Shown one piece after another: positions 34,707-44,062 of a stretch of DNA of 64,000 nucleotides (position 1 is its first letter; the number at the start of each line of letters is the position of its first letter). The translations under genes and the position numbers were made by a program. The stretch lies in NCBI GenBank assembly GCA_017470485.1, contig JAFUYQ010000012.1, positions 21,535-85,534 of the forward strand. Direction: 5' to 3'. The stretch is from Synergistaceae bacterium (GTDB taxonomy: Bacteria; Synergistota; Synergistia; Synergistales; Aminobacteriaceae). Below the pieces are notes generated by a model, which worked only from the letters and a program-made list of their open reading frames with translations, did not search any database and was not told where the DNA came from.

Positions 34707-37199
34707 TTAGTCTAAGCCGTACTGTTTCAGCAACTGCCTGTAACGCTGTTCAACCTCATTAAGCTGAGGCTCCTGACGTTTCGGTGCAGGTGCTGAAGGT
34801 CTTGGCACTGGGGCATTAGTCGCCGGTGCGCTGACCTGCTGATGTGCGCGCGGTGCAGGCGGTTCGTTATCTTCAGTCTGCTGTGAGGATTTCTTTCTCC
34901 CTGACGGCTCATCGTCATCATAAGACCTTCTGGCCAGATATGTATCGTCCTGTTCAACAAGGAAAAGTCTAGGGCCTCTTGGGTCATTGTCCGCCGCCCT
35001 GTAGCTCCCTCCGTGAACAGGGCATGAGGCAGTCGGTGAACGTCCTTTCGGGAAGAACAACGGCACTGCCTGACAGCCTGAACGCGCTCTGTAGCCTGTT
35101 ACCCTGCATATTGATACCTTCTCCGTCTCAACCCATGAGGGAGGAGCCTCGAAGTTCGCAGGAGTATCCTGTTCCTCAACGGCGTACTGCATAAATTTTT
35201 TCCAGACCGGCGCGGCCACAGTTCCCCCGAACGCGCGTTTGCCCATTGTCTTATGGTCATCGCGCCCGACATAAACCGCTGTCGTTAATCCCGGAACGCC
35301 TCCGCAGAACCATGCGTCAATGAAATCATTTGATGTTCCAGTTTTCCCGAAGACGTTGACTTTTGATATTGCGGCAGGTTTTCCAGTTCCCGACCTCACA
35401 GCGTCCTGAAGCATTGAGCGGATAGTGTAGGCTGTTTCGGGGCGCATGGCCTGAGTAACGGCAGTTTCGCGCTGTTCGATGATGTTGCCGTCCCTGTCCT
35501 TAATCTCGCGTATCATCATGGGAACGATTCTTTTGCCGCCGTTGTTGAAGCAGTTGAAAGCTACCGCCATTTCGAGAGGGGTTAAGCTCGCCGAACCCAA
35601 TGCTACCGACAAATCATCAGGAAGATATTTCGTCTCAATTCCCATGTTCCGCGCCATCTTGACGATTGCGTCAGTTCCAATGTAAGCGGCTACCCTCACG
35701 GCCACAGTGTTGAATGAGCCTACTAATGCCCTCTGAAGGGTAACTTCGCCGGAATAGCCTCCGCTTGAATTATGGGGCGACCAGCCTTTACCCTTGCTTC
35801 CCTTCTGCTTGAAGGTTATCGGAGCGTCAAGGAAGTGATCGCTCGGCATAACGTCTTCTTCGATTGCGGCGGCGTAAACAATGGGCTTGAAGCTCGAACC
35901 CGGCTGTCTTATTGCCTGAGTGGCACGGTTGAATTTGCTTTCCTTGAAGTCCTTTCCGCCTACGAGTGCCAATACCTCGCCCGTCTCGGCCTCAATGCAG
36001 ACCAATGCGCCCATTACGTTTTTATTCAAGCCCTGTATCACTTCTCTGGCCTTGTCCTGAAGATTCACATCGAGCGTCGTGTAAATCTGCATTCCTCCGC
36101 TGTAGACTTCATCTTTTCCGTACTTGGGCAGCAAGTCATTGAACAGAAGGTGCGAGACAAAGTAAGGCGCTCTGTTGAACTCCTCGATTTTGTTGACTCT
36201 GCTTCTGAACTGCAACTCCTCGTTGTAAGCGTCCTGCCTCTGCTGAGGCGTAATCCAGCCCAGAGTCTCCATTCGTCCGAGAACGTAATTCTGTCTTGCC
36301 TTAGCGTTGTTAATGCTGGTCTGAGGGTTATACCGTCCCGGATTGGCTATCAGCCCTGCGAGTATTGCCGACTGTGCGAGGTCTAAATCCCTTGCCGATT
36401 TGTCGAAGTAAGTCCTCGCCGCTATCTCGACTCCCCATGCGCCGTGCCCGAAGTTTATCGTGTTGAGATAAAGTTCAAGTATCTTGTCCTTCGGGAACAA
36501 TTTTTCGAGCCTCATAGCGATGATGATTTCCTTTGCTTTTCGGGTAATGCTCTTTTCGTGCGAAAGGAATAAATTTCTCGCTAACTGCTGTGTAATCGTG
36601 CTTGCTCCCTGAACTTTACCGCCCTCAACAACGTCAGTCCATAATGCCCTGAGTATTGAGCCGATTCGTATTCCTCCGTGCTGGTAGAACGCTGAGTCTT
36701 CTGCGGCAAGTACAGCCCTTACGATATTGGGCGACATCTCGTGAAGTTCAAGAGGCGTTCGGTTCTCGATGAAAAGTCTTGCGATGACTTCGCCGTTACG
36801 GTCATAAAGTATGGAGGGCAGACTGTTCTTTGGGTTGGCAAGATCTACCATGCTCGGCAAATCCTCAGAGAGTTTCACGACATACCACGCTACTCCTGCG
36901 CTTAATGCACCAGTTGCGAGGAGTACGACAAGAAGAAGTGTCATCAGTATAATTTTCATGAAGGAGACGCGCTTCCGCTTACGGGGTTTTGGCTGGTGCT
37001 GGTGCTGAAGCTGAGGCGGTTTAGGTTTTCGAGGCTGTGATGACTGTGAAGAAAGCTCCTGCATTTTTGAACGCTGCATCTGATTGTTTTTGTAGAGTAT
37101 CTCTTCGAGGTCTATGCGGTAATTTGTATTGTTAGTTCCGCGAGGGCGGTGCGGATTATTCCGTTCGTTCATATAAGATTCTCCTTTCCCGTTTTTCAA
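34707..37199 (-). CDS. Class A penicillin-binding protein (glycosyltransferase + transpeptidase)
   Basis: The GT51 motifs AAEDSAFYQHGG, GASTITQQLARN and RKAKE are present. So are the transpeptidase motifs SSFKP, SFN and KTGT. It has a basic N-terminal tail with a TM and a Pro-rich C-terminal tail. Confidence 0.9.
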   Translation of the reverse strand: MKNGKGESYMNERNNPHRPRGTNNTNYRIDLEEILYKNNQMQRSKMQELSSQSSQPRKPKPPQLQHQHQPKPRKRKRVSFMKIILMTLLLVVLLATGALSAGVAWYVVKLSEDLPSMVDLANPKNSLPSILYDRNGEVIARLFIENRTPLELHEMSPNIVRAVLAAEDSAFYQHGGIRIGSILRALWTDVVEGGKVQGASTITQQLARNLFLSHEKSITRKAKEIIIAMRLEKLFPKDKILELYLNTINFGHGAWGVEIAARTYFDKSARDLDLAQSAILAGLIANPGRYNPQTSINNAKARQNYVLGRMETLGWITPQQRQDAYNEELQFRSRVNKIEEFNRAPYFVSHLLFNDLLPKYGKDEVYSGGMQIYTTLDVNLQDKAREVIQGLNKNVMGALVCIEAETGEVLALVGGKDFKESKFNRATQAIRQPGSSFKPIVYAAAIEEDVMPSDHFLDAPITFKQKGSKGKGWSPHNSSGGYSGEVTLQRALVGSFNTVAVRVAAYIGTDAIVKMARNMGIETKYLPDDLSVALGSASLTPLEMAVAFNCFNNGGKRIVPMMIREIKDRDGNIIEQRETAVTQAMRPETAYTIRSMLQDAVRSGTGKPAAISKVNVFGKTGTSNDFIDAWFCGGVPGLTTAVYVGRDDHKTMGKRAFGGTVAAPVWKKFMQYAVEEQDTPANFEAPPSWVETEKVSICRVTGYRARSGCQAVPLFFPKGRSPTASCPVHGGSYRAADNDPRGPRLFLVEQDDTYLARRSYDDDEPSGRKKSSQQTEDNEPPAPRAHQQVSAPATNAPVPRPSAPAPKRQEPQLNEVEQRYRQLLKQYGLD

Positions 37200-37205
37200 A
37201 TCATA

Positions 37206-37832
37206 TCACACTGTGCGCTCAATTATTCTGATTATTCCGCCCTTGCGCTCGTAGCCTGTCTCGTAAACGTCTCTGAGGCTGAACCATTTATACTCGCCGT
37301 AAGTAACCGTCAGAATGTTAATGCCGTTCCCGTTTTCCTCATAGCCTGCGAGGTTGAACCAATGCCACTGGAAATCATCAAGTTCGGGTTTCTTATGGTT
37401 AAGAAGGAGAAAGGGTACTGGGAAATCCCTGTCAATCTGGTCAGTGATGGCTCCGGCGAAATCGTCATAGCCTATACTGCCCGAAATGCCCTCAAAAATC
37501 AGGGAGTTATTTCCGGCTGAGGCCATGTAGTCATAGAGGCCGCATATGTAAGTCTCAAGGAAATCGATTCCATGATAGCGCGGCGAGAGATAAGGTTTCA
37601 TAATTGAGGCGAACTTTATGAAATCTGAACGGGATAAATTTTCGGGGCTGAACGGGTAAAGACTTCGGAACTTTTCGCGCCTCGACAGGAATACGCAGGT
37701 ATCGCAGGCCGTAACAGCGGCACAGCCTCCCATGTTCATGTCCCATTCGGGGAGCCAGTCCTGATTTCCGCCGGGGGCATTGTCAATCGTGAAGTAACCG
37801 AGAATTTTTCTGTGTGTCAATTCGAGAATCAC
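37206..37832 (-). CDS. Hypothetical protein, possibly papain-like (BtrH-N/C39-like) fold
   Basis: GTG start. Candidate Cys (MGGCAAVTACD) and downstream His (FQWHWFNLAGY). This is a weak motif-level guess only. Confidence 0.3.
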   Translation of the reverse strand: MILELTHRKILGYFTIDNAPGGNQDWLPEWDMNMGGCAAVTACDTCVFLSRREKFRSLYPFSPENLSRSDFIKFASIMKPYLSPRYHGIDFLETYICGLYDYMASAGNNSLIFEGISGSIGYDDFAGAITDQIDRDFPVPFLLLNHKKPELDDFQWHWFNLAGYEENGNGINILTVTYGEYKWFSLRDVYETGYERKGGIIRIIERTV

Positions 37833-37835
37833 CTT

Positions 37836-37890
37836 CTGAAAAAATTTTCACGCGCTTATTTTATAGCGTCCATAAAAAAATAACCTCCTC
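37836..37890. repeat. 55-bp direct repeat, copy A (flanks RelE/Phd cassette)
   Basis: ctgaaaaaattttcacgcgcttattttatagcgtccataaaaaaataacctcctc is identical to 38573-38627. Confidence 0.95.
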
Positions 37891-37928
37891 CCGTGATTTT
37901 TCGGAAGGAGGTTTTATGCGGAAAATCG

Positions 37929-38258
37929 TTAGAGTCCGTGCCGTATTATTCTTTCGTGAGCAATGTCGTATGCTTCTTCATTTTCACGTGCGCCAATGAC
38001 AATAACAAACATTTCCGTATCAGTACGCACCAGCTTGTAAATCACGCGCAAACCTGAACCGCGCAGCTTGATTTCCAGAAAGCCGGATAAGTCATTTGCT
38101 CCCTTATGCCCTAATTCAATGCCGTAACCGCCTTCACGGTGCGGGAGGGGATTTTGAAGTGTGCGCTTTATGGCCTTGCGGACAAGAAGCTTCTGGCTGC
38201 CGTCAAGTTTTTCGTAGTCTTCTGTGGCTTCGTCAAGATATTCTATGCGCCAGTTCAT
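37929..38258 (-). CDS. RelE/ParE-family type II toxin
   Basis: 109 aa. WRIEYLDEATEDYEKLD...GFLEIKLRGSGLRVIYKLVRTDTEMFVIVIGARENEEAY fits RelE/StbE. 4-nt overlap with the upstream antitoxin. Confidence 0.8.
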   Translation of the reverse strand: MNWRIEYLDEATEDYEKLDGSQKLLVRKAIKRTLQNPLPHREGGYGIELGHKGANDLSGFLEIKLRGSGLRVIYKLVRTDTEMFVIVIGARENEEAYDIAHERIIRHGL

Positions 38259-38566
38259 TCGAGTTCTATTTCCTCCCAGCCTTCAAGGTCTTTTTCCGTA
38301 ATGCCGAATCTCTTGTCGAACTCTTCCTGCGAAACAAGCCGTGAACGGTCAAAATGCTTCATGCGCTCCCTTGCGATTCCTATCAGGACTGCCTCGTTGA
38401 ATTTGTCTGAATACTCTTCGGGCGACATAAGGACACATGCGGCTGAATCGTCATCATTAACGACTAACCTTGTGCCGGAACGCCTGACTTCCCCGAAAAT
38501 TTCTGCGGCTCTTCCCTCATTGAACGCTGAGAGCGGAATAACTGTATTGCTTTCTGACATGTTCAA
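38255..38566 (-). CDS. Phd/YefM-family antitoxin
   Basis: VIPLSAFNEGRAAEIFGEVRRSGTRLVVNDDDSAACVLMSPEEY is a Phd/YefM-type N-terminal domain. It lies upstream of and overlaps the toxin gene. The real start is possibly ATG 38560. Confidence 0.75.
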   Translation of the reverse strand: MNMSESNTVIPLSAFNEGRAAEIFGEVRRSGTRLVVNDDDSAACVLMSPEEYSDKFNEAVLIGIARERMKHFDRSRLVSQEEFDKRFGITEKDLEGWEEIELE

Positions 38567-38572
38567 TCACTC

Positions 38573-38627
38573 CTGAAAAAATTTTCACGCGCTTATTTTA
38601 TAGCGTCCATAAAAAAATAACCTCCTC
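38573..38627. repeat. 55-bp direct repeat, copy B
   Basis: Identical to 37836-37890. Each copy is followed by a different CCTCC...GGAGG hairpin that, read on the minus strand, ends in a T-run (a terminator for the gene upstream of it). Confidence 0.95.
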
Positions 38628-38657
38628 TTGAGATTTGAGGAGGCATTTTATTCCGGC

Positions 38658-40442
38658 TTACCGTTTACCGTCCAGACGTTTCAGCGCGTCCTTTGCGTCA
38701 GTATCTCCCTGAGCTGCCGCTTTTTCGTACCACTTTCGGGCTTCCTGAAGGTCTTTTGCTACGCCTCTGCCGTACTCGTACATAACCCCCAGATTGAATT
38801 GCGCCACATCGTTGCCCTGTTCAGCCGACAGACGATACCATTTCAAGGCCTCCCCGTAATCCTGCTTCACTCCGTAGCCGTACTCGTACATAAACCCCAG
38901 CCAGTTTTGCGCCACAGCGTTTCCTCTTTCAGCGAGTTTCTTTACGTCCTCAAACGGCAGGGATTTCATATCGGCAAACTCTAACTGCCAGAGCCTTAAC
39001 TCTTCTCTGAGCGATGACGAATCAAATCCGCCCTTCTCCATCAGAGCGAGAATCCTTCCGCTGAGTTCCTTTTCATGTTCACGGTCAATATTCGCCATGA
39101 CTCGCGCAATGCCCTTGTCCTTCTCGCCCATGAGGAAATACGCTGTCCCTATGAACAGATTGTCAGCCCAGTCATCAGGAGGGGTATTCCTTTCGGCAAT
39201 CCTGAGCTGTTCAATCACGGAAGGGCGTATCTCGTCAATGCTCTTTCCGCTTTCCGCGAGCCTGACGATTCTGTACTTTGCGGCCTCAAGCATATAAGGA
39301 TCTCTCCTAAGCACCGGCCTCCATACCTCATTGAATCTCGCGAAGCACTTTTCGGCCCCGTCATCATTCCCCAAAGCCTGAGCGGCCTTAGCCCTGTAGA
39401 ACCAGTAAGGGGGGTAGACGGAAAAATCGTCTTCAAGGCTTATGAGCATTCGGTTACGTTTTGCGGGGTCTTTCTCCTGAACAGCTCCGTAGAAATATCC
39501 GAGCATATCCTGTTTGAGCATGTACTCATCGGGGAACTTGTATTTGTTCCAGAGGTTCCACGATGAGGCGAGAAGTCTCTGCTGAAGCTCATTGCATTCT
39601 TCAAGCTCACTGCGTTCGAGCCGCCACTGTGAATTTTTGAGTTCCTCCTGAAGCAAGAGGCCATCATGTTTCATCTGCTCTTTGAGGTTTGACTTCAGCA
39701 CTTCGATTTGAGCGAGTTCGTCTTCCGCTGACTGCCTGAGATTTTCGCGATGGACTCTCATTATTTCCTGCTCATTTTCCGCGCGTCTTTTCTGACGCTG
39801 GGAATACTCTTTTTCCTCAGCGAGTATCCTGTAGTTTTCGTAAGCGTCGAGAGTGTCCCAGAACATTCCGCCGACCGCGAACACATCGCCCATAAACAGC
39901 GATACGCAGGAGGCAGCCATATTTCCGAGCCATGAGGCGGCGACTCCGGCCTGCTCCGTCTCAATCCTTCCGATGTCCCTGCGAATGTCATTGATGTTGC
40001 TGTCTGAGGCTCTCAATCTTGCTGAAGTCTCGCGGTTAATCCCCTCGATGTTGTGCCGTGAAGCATTAGCTGCCGACTCGGCGAGTCTTATGTTTGATAG
40101 CGCGTAAATGATTCGCCTCTGCTCTGCCGTGTCGTAAAAACTCTGGAGACGTTCCTTATCTTTGTCTCTGAGTTTTCGGGAAGAGATTACCCCCTGAAGT
40201 TTCAGGAACAGCGATAACATTTCGGGGTCGCTTGCGATGTTGCCTTGAGCGATGTTGTTGATGATGTTCTCGTATTCCTGCTCAAGGACGGCTCTGCTCT
40301 GTGTTGTGAGAATTTTGTGTACCGAGACGACGGCCATGTTGAGCGCGAGCATAGTGTGCTGAGGGTCGTATGCTTCCTGAGCTGCTGCCCCCGAAAAAAT
40401 CATCAACACTGCAATGATACCGGCAAGAAATTTTCTCGTCAT
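38658..40442 (-). CDS. Secreted/periplasmic coiled-coil protein with C-terminal Sel1-like repeats
   Basis: Signal-like N-terminus MTRKFLAGIIAVLMIFSGAAAQEA, a long helical region, and C-terminal AQNWLGFMYEYGYGVKQDYGEALKWYRLSAEQGNDVAQFNLGVMYEYGRGVAKDLQEARKWYEKAAAQGDTDA. Confidence 0.75.
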   Translation of the reverse strand: MTRKFLAGIIAVLMIFSGAAAQEAYDPQHTMLALNMAVVSVHKILTTQSRAVLEQEYENIINNIAQGNIASDPEMLSLFLKLQGVISSRKLRDKDKERLQSFYDTAEQRRIIYALSNIRLAESAANASRHNIEGINRETSARLRASDSNINDIRRDIGRIETEQAGVAASWLGNMAASCVSLFMGDVFAVGGMFWDTLDAYENYRILAEEKEYSQRQKRRAENEQEIMRVHRENLRQSAEDELAQIEVLKSNLKEQMKHDGLLLQEELKNSQWRLERSELEECNELQQRLLASSWNLWNKYKFPDEYMLKQDMLGYFYGAVQEKDPAKRNRMLISLEDDFSVYPPYWFYRAKAAQALGNDDGAEKCFARFNEVWRPVLRRDPYMLEAAKYRIVRLAESGKSIDEIRPSVIEQLRIAERNTPPDDWADNLFIGTAYFLMGEKDKGIARVMANIDREHEKELSGRILALMEKGGFDSSSLREELRLWQLEFADMKSLPFEDVKKLAERGNAVAQNWLGFMYEYGYGVKQDYGEALKWYRLSAEQGNDVAQFNLGVMYEYGRGVAKDLQEARKWYEKAAAQGDTDAKDALKRLDGKR

Positions 40443-40562
40443 AGACTTTGCTTCCCTTCATTAATAATTTTTGTTGCGGTCGAATAATTATATAACGTGA
40501 AAATCCGCAAGTGTGCTAAAATACTTCCCGTTGAAACGAACACGAAAGGAAGAATTTTTAAG

Positions 40563-40712
40563 ATGGCAGATATAATCGGACTGACCTGCTCGCAGTGCAA
40601 AAGACGCAACTACACGACAACTGTAAACAAGAAAAAACAGGCGAAAAAACTTGAACTCAAGAAATACTGCAAGTGGTGCAATGCTTCAACGCTCCATAAA
40701 GAATCGAAGTAG
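40563..40712 (+). CDS. rpmG: 50S ribosomal protein L33
   Basis: 49 aa, MADIIGLTCSQCKRRNYTTTVNKKKQAKKLELKKYCKWCNASTLHKESK (CxxC...CxxC zinc form). ATG at 40563; the upstream ORF extension is an artefact. Confidence 0.9.
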   Translation: MADIIGLTCSQCKRRNYTTTVNKKKQAKKLELKKYCKWCNASTLHKESK

Positions 40713-40763
40713 TATTGCCAAAGATTTAATCCTGTTGTAAAATTCAGCCCGTAATTTTCACGC

Positions 40764-40839
40764 AGGTCCGTGGCTCAATTGGCAGAGCACTGGTCTCCAA
40801 AACCGGGGGCTGCAGGTTCGAGTCCTGCCGGGCCTGCCA
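40764..40839 (+). tRNA. trnW: tRNA-Trp (anticodon CCA)
   Basis: 76 nt. Acceptor stem AGGTCCG/CGGGCCT (one G-U pair), D-loop TCAATTGGCAGA, anticodon loop CT-CCA-AA (CCA at 40797-40799), T-arm GGTTCGAGTCC, encoded 3' GCCA. It is in the classic position upstream of secE-nusG. Confidence 0.9.
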
Positions 40840-40866
40840 TTTTCTTATTAAGGAAACGACATAACT

Positions 40867-41082
40867 ATGGCAAAATCAGCAGCAGAAAAACCCACAAAAT
40901 TGTCTTCGCTTATGAACTTCATTCGTGAAGCCAAAGCCGAACTCAAGAAAGTTACATGGCCTACGCGCAGACAGATATGGTACTGGACGTTAGTAGTGAT
41001 AGTTTTCACTTTGTGCGTGTCAATGTATCTCGGTCTGATTGATTTTCTTCTTGCGTGGCTTTTCAGCGCACTTCTGGGTTAA
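40867..41082 (+). CDS. secE: Preprotein translocase subunit SecE
   Basis: 71 aa. FIREAKAELKKVTWPTRRQIWYWTLVVIVF plus a single TM, directly upstream of nusG. Confidence 0.85.
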   Translation: MAKSAAEKPTKLSSLMNFIREAKAELKKVTWPTRRQIWYWTLVVIVFTLCVSMYLGLIDFLLAWLFSALLG

Positions 41083-41091
41083 GGTATCATC

Positions 41092-41628
41092 ATGCCGGGC
41101 GAACGGAAATGGTATGTCGTACAGACATATGCCAGCTACGAGAAAAGAGTCAAAGATGACCTGACACAGCGAATCAAGGCCATGAAAATGCAGGATAAAA
41201 TTTTCAATGTCCTCATTCCGACCGAGACCAATATAGTTGTCAAGGACGGGAAAAGCCGCGAAGTTACAAGAAAACTTTATCCGAGTTATGTTATGATTGA
41301 AATGGTGCTTGATGAACAGTCATGGTACACCGTGAGGCACACGCCGGGCGTAACAGGTTTCATCGGCGCAGGTACTCACCCTATGCCGCTGTCGCAGGAC
41401 GAGGTTGACCGCATAATGTCCGGAATGCAGAAAGATGAAGACGCTCCGAAGCTGAGAATTGACCTCAAGCCGGGCGACATCGTCAGAGTAATCGCCGACG
41501 GTGTCAAGAAAGGATTTACAGGGCCGGTAGTCGAAGTCAACGCTAAAAAAGGCAAAGTGAAGTTCAGGCATGACATGTTAGGCGGTTCAATAGTTGATAT
41601 TGATTACAAGGACATTGAGAAAATTTAA
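41092..41628 (+). CDS. nusG: Transcription termination/antitermination factor NusG
   Basis: KWYVVQTYASYEKRVKDDL (NGN domain) and a C-terminal KOW (GDIVRVIADG...GPVVEVNAKKGKVKF). Confidence 0.95.
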   Translation: MPGERKWYVVQTYASYEKRVKDDLTQRIKAMKMQDKIFNVLIPTETNIVVKDGKSREVTRKLYPSYVMIEMVLDEQSWYTVRHTPGVTGFIGAGTHPMPLSQDEVDRIMSGMQKDEDAPKLRIDLKPGDIVRVIADGVKKGFTGPVVEVNAKKGKVKFRHDMLGGSIVDIDYKDIEKI

Positions 41629-41667
41629 TGTTCTTCAGTAATATTACAGAAAGGAAAAATTTTTATC

Positions 41668-42093
41668 ATGGCTAAGAAAGTAGTTGGGCAGGTAAAATTA
41701 CAGCTTCCTGCCGGTAAGGCAACGCCAGCTCCTCCCGTAGGCCCTGCGCTCGGTCAGCACGGCGTGAATATCATGGAGTTCTGCAAGCAGTTCAACGCTA
41801 AGACTCAGGATCAGGCAGGATTAATTATTCCGGCAGTAATCACGGTTTACGCTGACAGAAGTTTCACGTTCGAGCTTAAAACGCCTCCGGCAGCAGTTCT
41901 TCTCAAGAAAGCGGCAGGAATCGAATCAGGCTCAGGAGTTCCCAATAAGACGAAAGTCGGCAAAATCGCCCGCGCTAAAGTCAAAGAGATCGCCGAACTC
42001 AAGATGAAGGATCTCAATGCCAATGACGTAGAGGGCGCAATGAGAATGATTGAAGGCACTGCGCGTTCAATGGGTCTCGAAGTAACCGACTAA
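41668..42093 (+). CDS. rplK: 50S ribosomal protein L11
   Basis: [43 protein letters not shown] is canonical. Confidence 0.95.
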   Translation: MAKKVVGQVKLQLPAGKATPAPPVGPALGQHGVNIMEFCKQFNAKTQDQAGLIIPAVITVYADRSFTFELKTPPAAVLLKKAAGIESGSGVPNKTKVGKIARAKVKEIAELKMKDLNANDVEGAMRMIEGTARSMGLEVTD

Positions 42094-42150
42094 CTCAAAA
42101 AAGCGGAAGGGTCTTATCAAACCCGTTAATGACCGCAGGAGGATAACACA

Positions 42151-42855
42151 ATGAAAAGAAGCAAACGTTACAGGGAAGCCGCCTCGAAAATCGAAGAGGG
42201 AAAATTATACGGTCTCCGCGAAGCTGTCGATCTGTTCAAGACAATATCGACCGCGAAGTTCAACGAGAGCATTGAAGTTCACGTCCGTTTGGGGATTGAC
42301 CCCAGACACGCAGACCAGCAGGTCAGAAGCACCGTCTCGCTTCCTCACGGAACAGGCGTTACAAAGAGAGTTCTCGTCATCACTCAGGGCGAGAAAATTA
42401 AAGAGGCTCAGGACGCTGGAGCTGACATAGTCGGCGGAGATGATGTCGTTCAGCAGATTCAGGGCGGTTTCATGGATTTCGACGCGGTAATCGCAACGCC
42501 CGACATGATGAAGTCAGTAGGCCGTCTCGGAAAAGTCTTAGGCCCTCGCGGTTTAATGCCCAGCGCGAAAACCGGCACGGTAACTTTTGAGCTTGAGGCA
42601 GCCGTCAAAGAGATTAAGGCCGGACGAGTCGAGTTCAGAGCGGACAAGACAGGAATTACTCACAACGCCGCAGGCAAACGCGACTTCAGCGCGGACGACC
42701 TCTATGACAACGTAAAGGCTTTACTTCAGGCCATTTACAAGGCAAGACCGGCTTCGGTGAAAGGCACTTATGTCAAGAGCATCGCTATTGCTCCGACTAT
42801 GGGGCCCGGCATCGCGGTAGATCCGTCGCTTGCTCAGAAAGAATTAGCACTGTAA
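42151..42855 (+). CDS. rplA: 50S ribosomal protein L1
   Basis: [14 protein letters not shown]...[23 protein letters not shown]...GPRGLMP is canonical. Confidence 0.95.
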   Translation: MKRSKRYREAASKIEEGKLYGLREAVDLFKTISTAKFNESIEVHVRLGIDPRHADQQVRSTVSLPHGTGVTKRVLVITQGEKIKEAQDAGADIVGGDDVVQQIQGGFMDFDAVIATPDMMKSVGRLGKVLGPRGLMPSAKTGTVTFELEAAVKEIKAGRVEFRADKTGITHNAAGKRDFSADDLYDNVKALLQAIYKARPASVKGTYVKSIAIAPTMGPGIAVDPSLAQKELAL

Positions 42856-42869
42856 AAATTTTTCGTCAT

Positions 42870-43005
42870 TCATAAAATCTATCGCAATCCGAAGACAGCA
42901 GGGGCGTTCGCTTAATAATCCTGCTCAGGAGTGAGAAAGAGTAATCAATGCTCCTCCTGTGTCAAAACGGGGGGAGCTTGTTCGTAAAATAAAGGAGGTG
43001 AAATA
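42870..43005 (+). promoter_or_regulatory. Possible L10 (rplJ) autoregulatory leader
   Basis: A 156-nt untranslated gap lies between rplA and rplJ, where the L10(L12)4-binding leader normally sits. Only short local pairings (gcagg...cctgc) are visible by eye. Confidence 0.35.
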
Positions 43006-43011
43006 CAGAAC

Positions 43012-43551
43012 ATGCCGGCAGAAATAAAATACAGTCTTGTTGACGGGCTGAAGGAAAAATTATCGCGCACTAAGGCCGTTTTTGTCGCCGAGTATCGCGG
43101 AATGACCGTCGAGCAGAGCACAATGTTAAGGCACAAAGTCCGCGAGGCAGGCGGCGAATTGAAGGTCGCAAAGAATACTCTTTTCGCAATCGCTATGAAA
43201 GAGGCCGGACTCGCTGAACTTCCCGAAGACATGATGAAAGGGCCGAACATTTACGCTCTTTGCTATGACGACCCAGTATCAGTCGCTAAAGTCCTCAAGG
43301 AATATGCCAATGACAAAACCCAGAAAGCATTTATCCTCAAGGGCGGTCAGCTCGAAAACCAGCAGCTCAACTTGGCTCAGTTAATGGCTCTTGCCGAACT
43401 TCCTTCAAAAGACGTTCTCAGGGGTCAGGTCGTCAGAACTATCGCCGCGCCTCTGTCAGGTCTCGTCAACGTCCTTTCGGGTACTATCAGGAATTTCGTT
43501 ACGTGCCTAGACCAGATCCGCGCAAAGAAAGAAGAATCTCAGGCAGCTTAG
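43012..43551 (+). CDS. rplJ: 50S ribosomal protein L10
   Basis: 179 aa. ...AVFVAEYRGMTVEQSTMLRHKVREAGGELKVAKNTL... is canonical. Confidence 0.95.
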   Translation: MPAEIKYSLVDGLKEKLSRTKAVFVAEYRGMTVEQSTMLRHKVREAGGELKVAKNTLFAIAMKEAGLAELPEDMMKGPNIYALCYDDPVSVAKVLKEYANDKTQKAFILKGGQLENQQLNLAQLMALAELPSKDVLRGQVVRTIAAPLSGLVNVLSGTIRNFVTCLDQIRAKKEESQAA

Positions 43552-43608
43552 AGATTCTAAGAACAGAAACAGAAAAACAAAAAAATTATTACGGAGGAAA
43601 TTATTATT

Positions 43609-43986
43609 ATGACCAAAGAAGAAATCATTCAGGCTATTGAAACAATGTCAGTTCTTGAGCTTTCAGAACTCGTAAAGGCTCTTGAGGAGAAATTCGGCGT
43701 AAGCGCAAGCGCAGCTCCCGTCATGATGGCAGCTATGCCCGGCGCAGGCGCAGCAGCAGCCCCCGCAGAGGAAAAGACTGAGTTCGATGTCGTCTACAAA
43801 GGGCCCGGCGCAAACAAAATCGCCGTCATCAAAGCAGTCCGCGAGATTACTTCACTCGGCCTCAAGGAAGCTAAGGAACTCGTTGACAATCCCCCCAAGA
43901 ACATCAAGGAAGGCGTTTCAAAGGACGAGGCTGAGGAGATTCGCAAGAAGCTCGCTGAAGCCGGTGCAGAAGTCGAGGTTAAGTAG
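43609..43986 (+). CDS. rplL: 50S ribosomal protein L7/L12
   Basis: [33 protein letters not shown]..., an Ala-rich hinge, then [24 protein letters not shown]. Confidence 0.95.
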   Translation: MTKEEIIQAIETMSVLELSELVKALEEKFGVSASAAPVMMAAMPGAGAAAAPAEEKTEFDVVYKGPGANKIAVIKAVREITSLGLKEAKELVDNPPKNIKEGVSKDEAEEIRKKLAEAGAEVEVK

Positions 43987-44000
43987 TTTATGTGCGTAAG

Positions 44001-44035
44001 AGAGGCTCATGAAATTAAAAGAGCCTCTTTTCTTT
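44001..44035 (+). terminator. Rho-independent terminator after rplL
   Basis: Stem agaggctc / gagcctct (8 bp), 12-nt loop, then tttcttt. Confidence 0.65.
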
Positions 44036-44062
44036 AATAAACGAACGGAGGGAAATGATATT

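Noticed and set aside
35772-36386. 204-aa plus-strand ORF
   Set aside because: It is antisense to the PBP1A glycosyltransferase region and is an artefact.
39075-39566. 163-aa plus-strand ORF
   Set aside because: It is antisense to the Sel1/coiled-coil protein gene, with no RBS and no motif.
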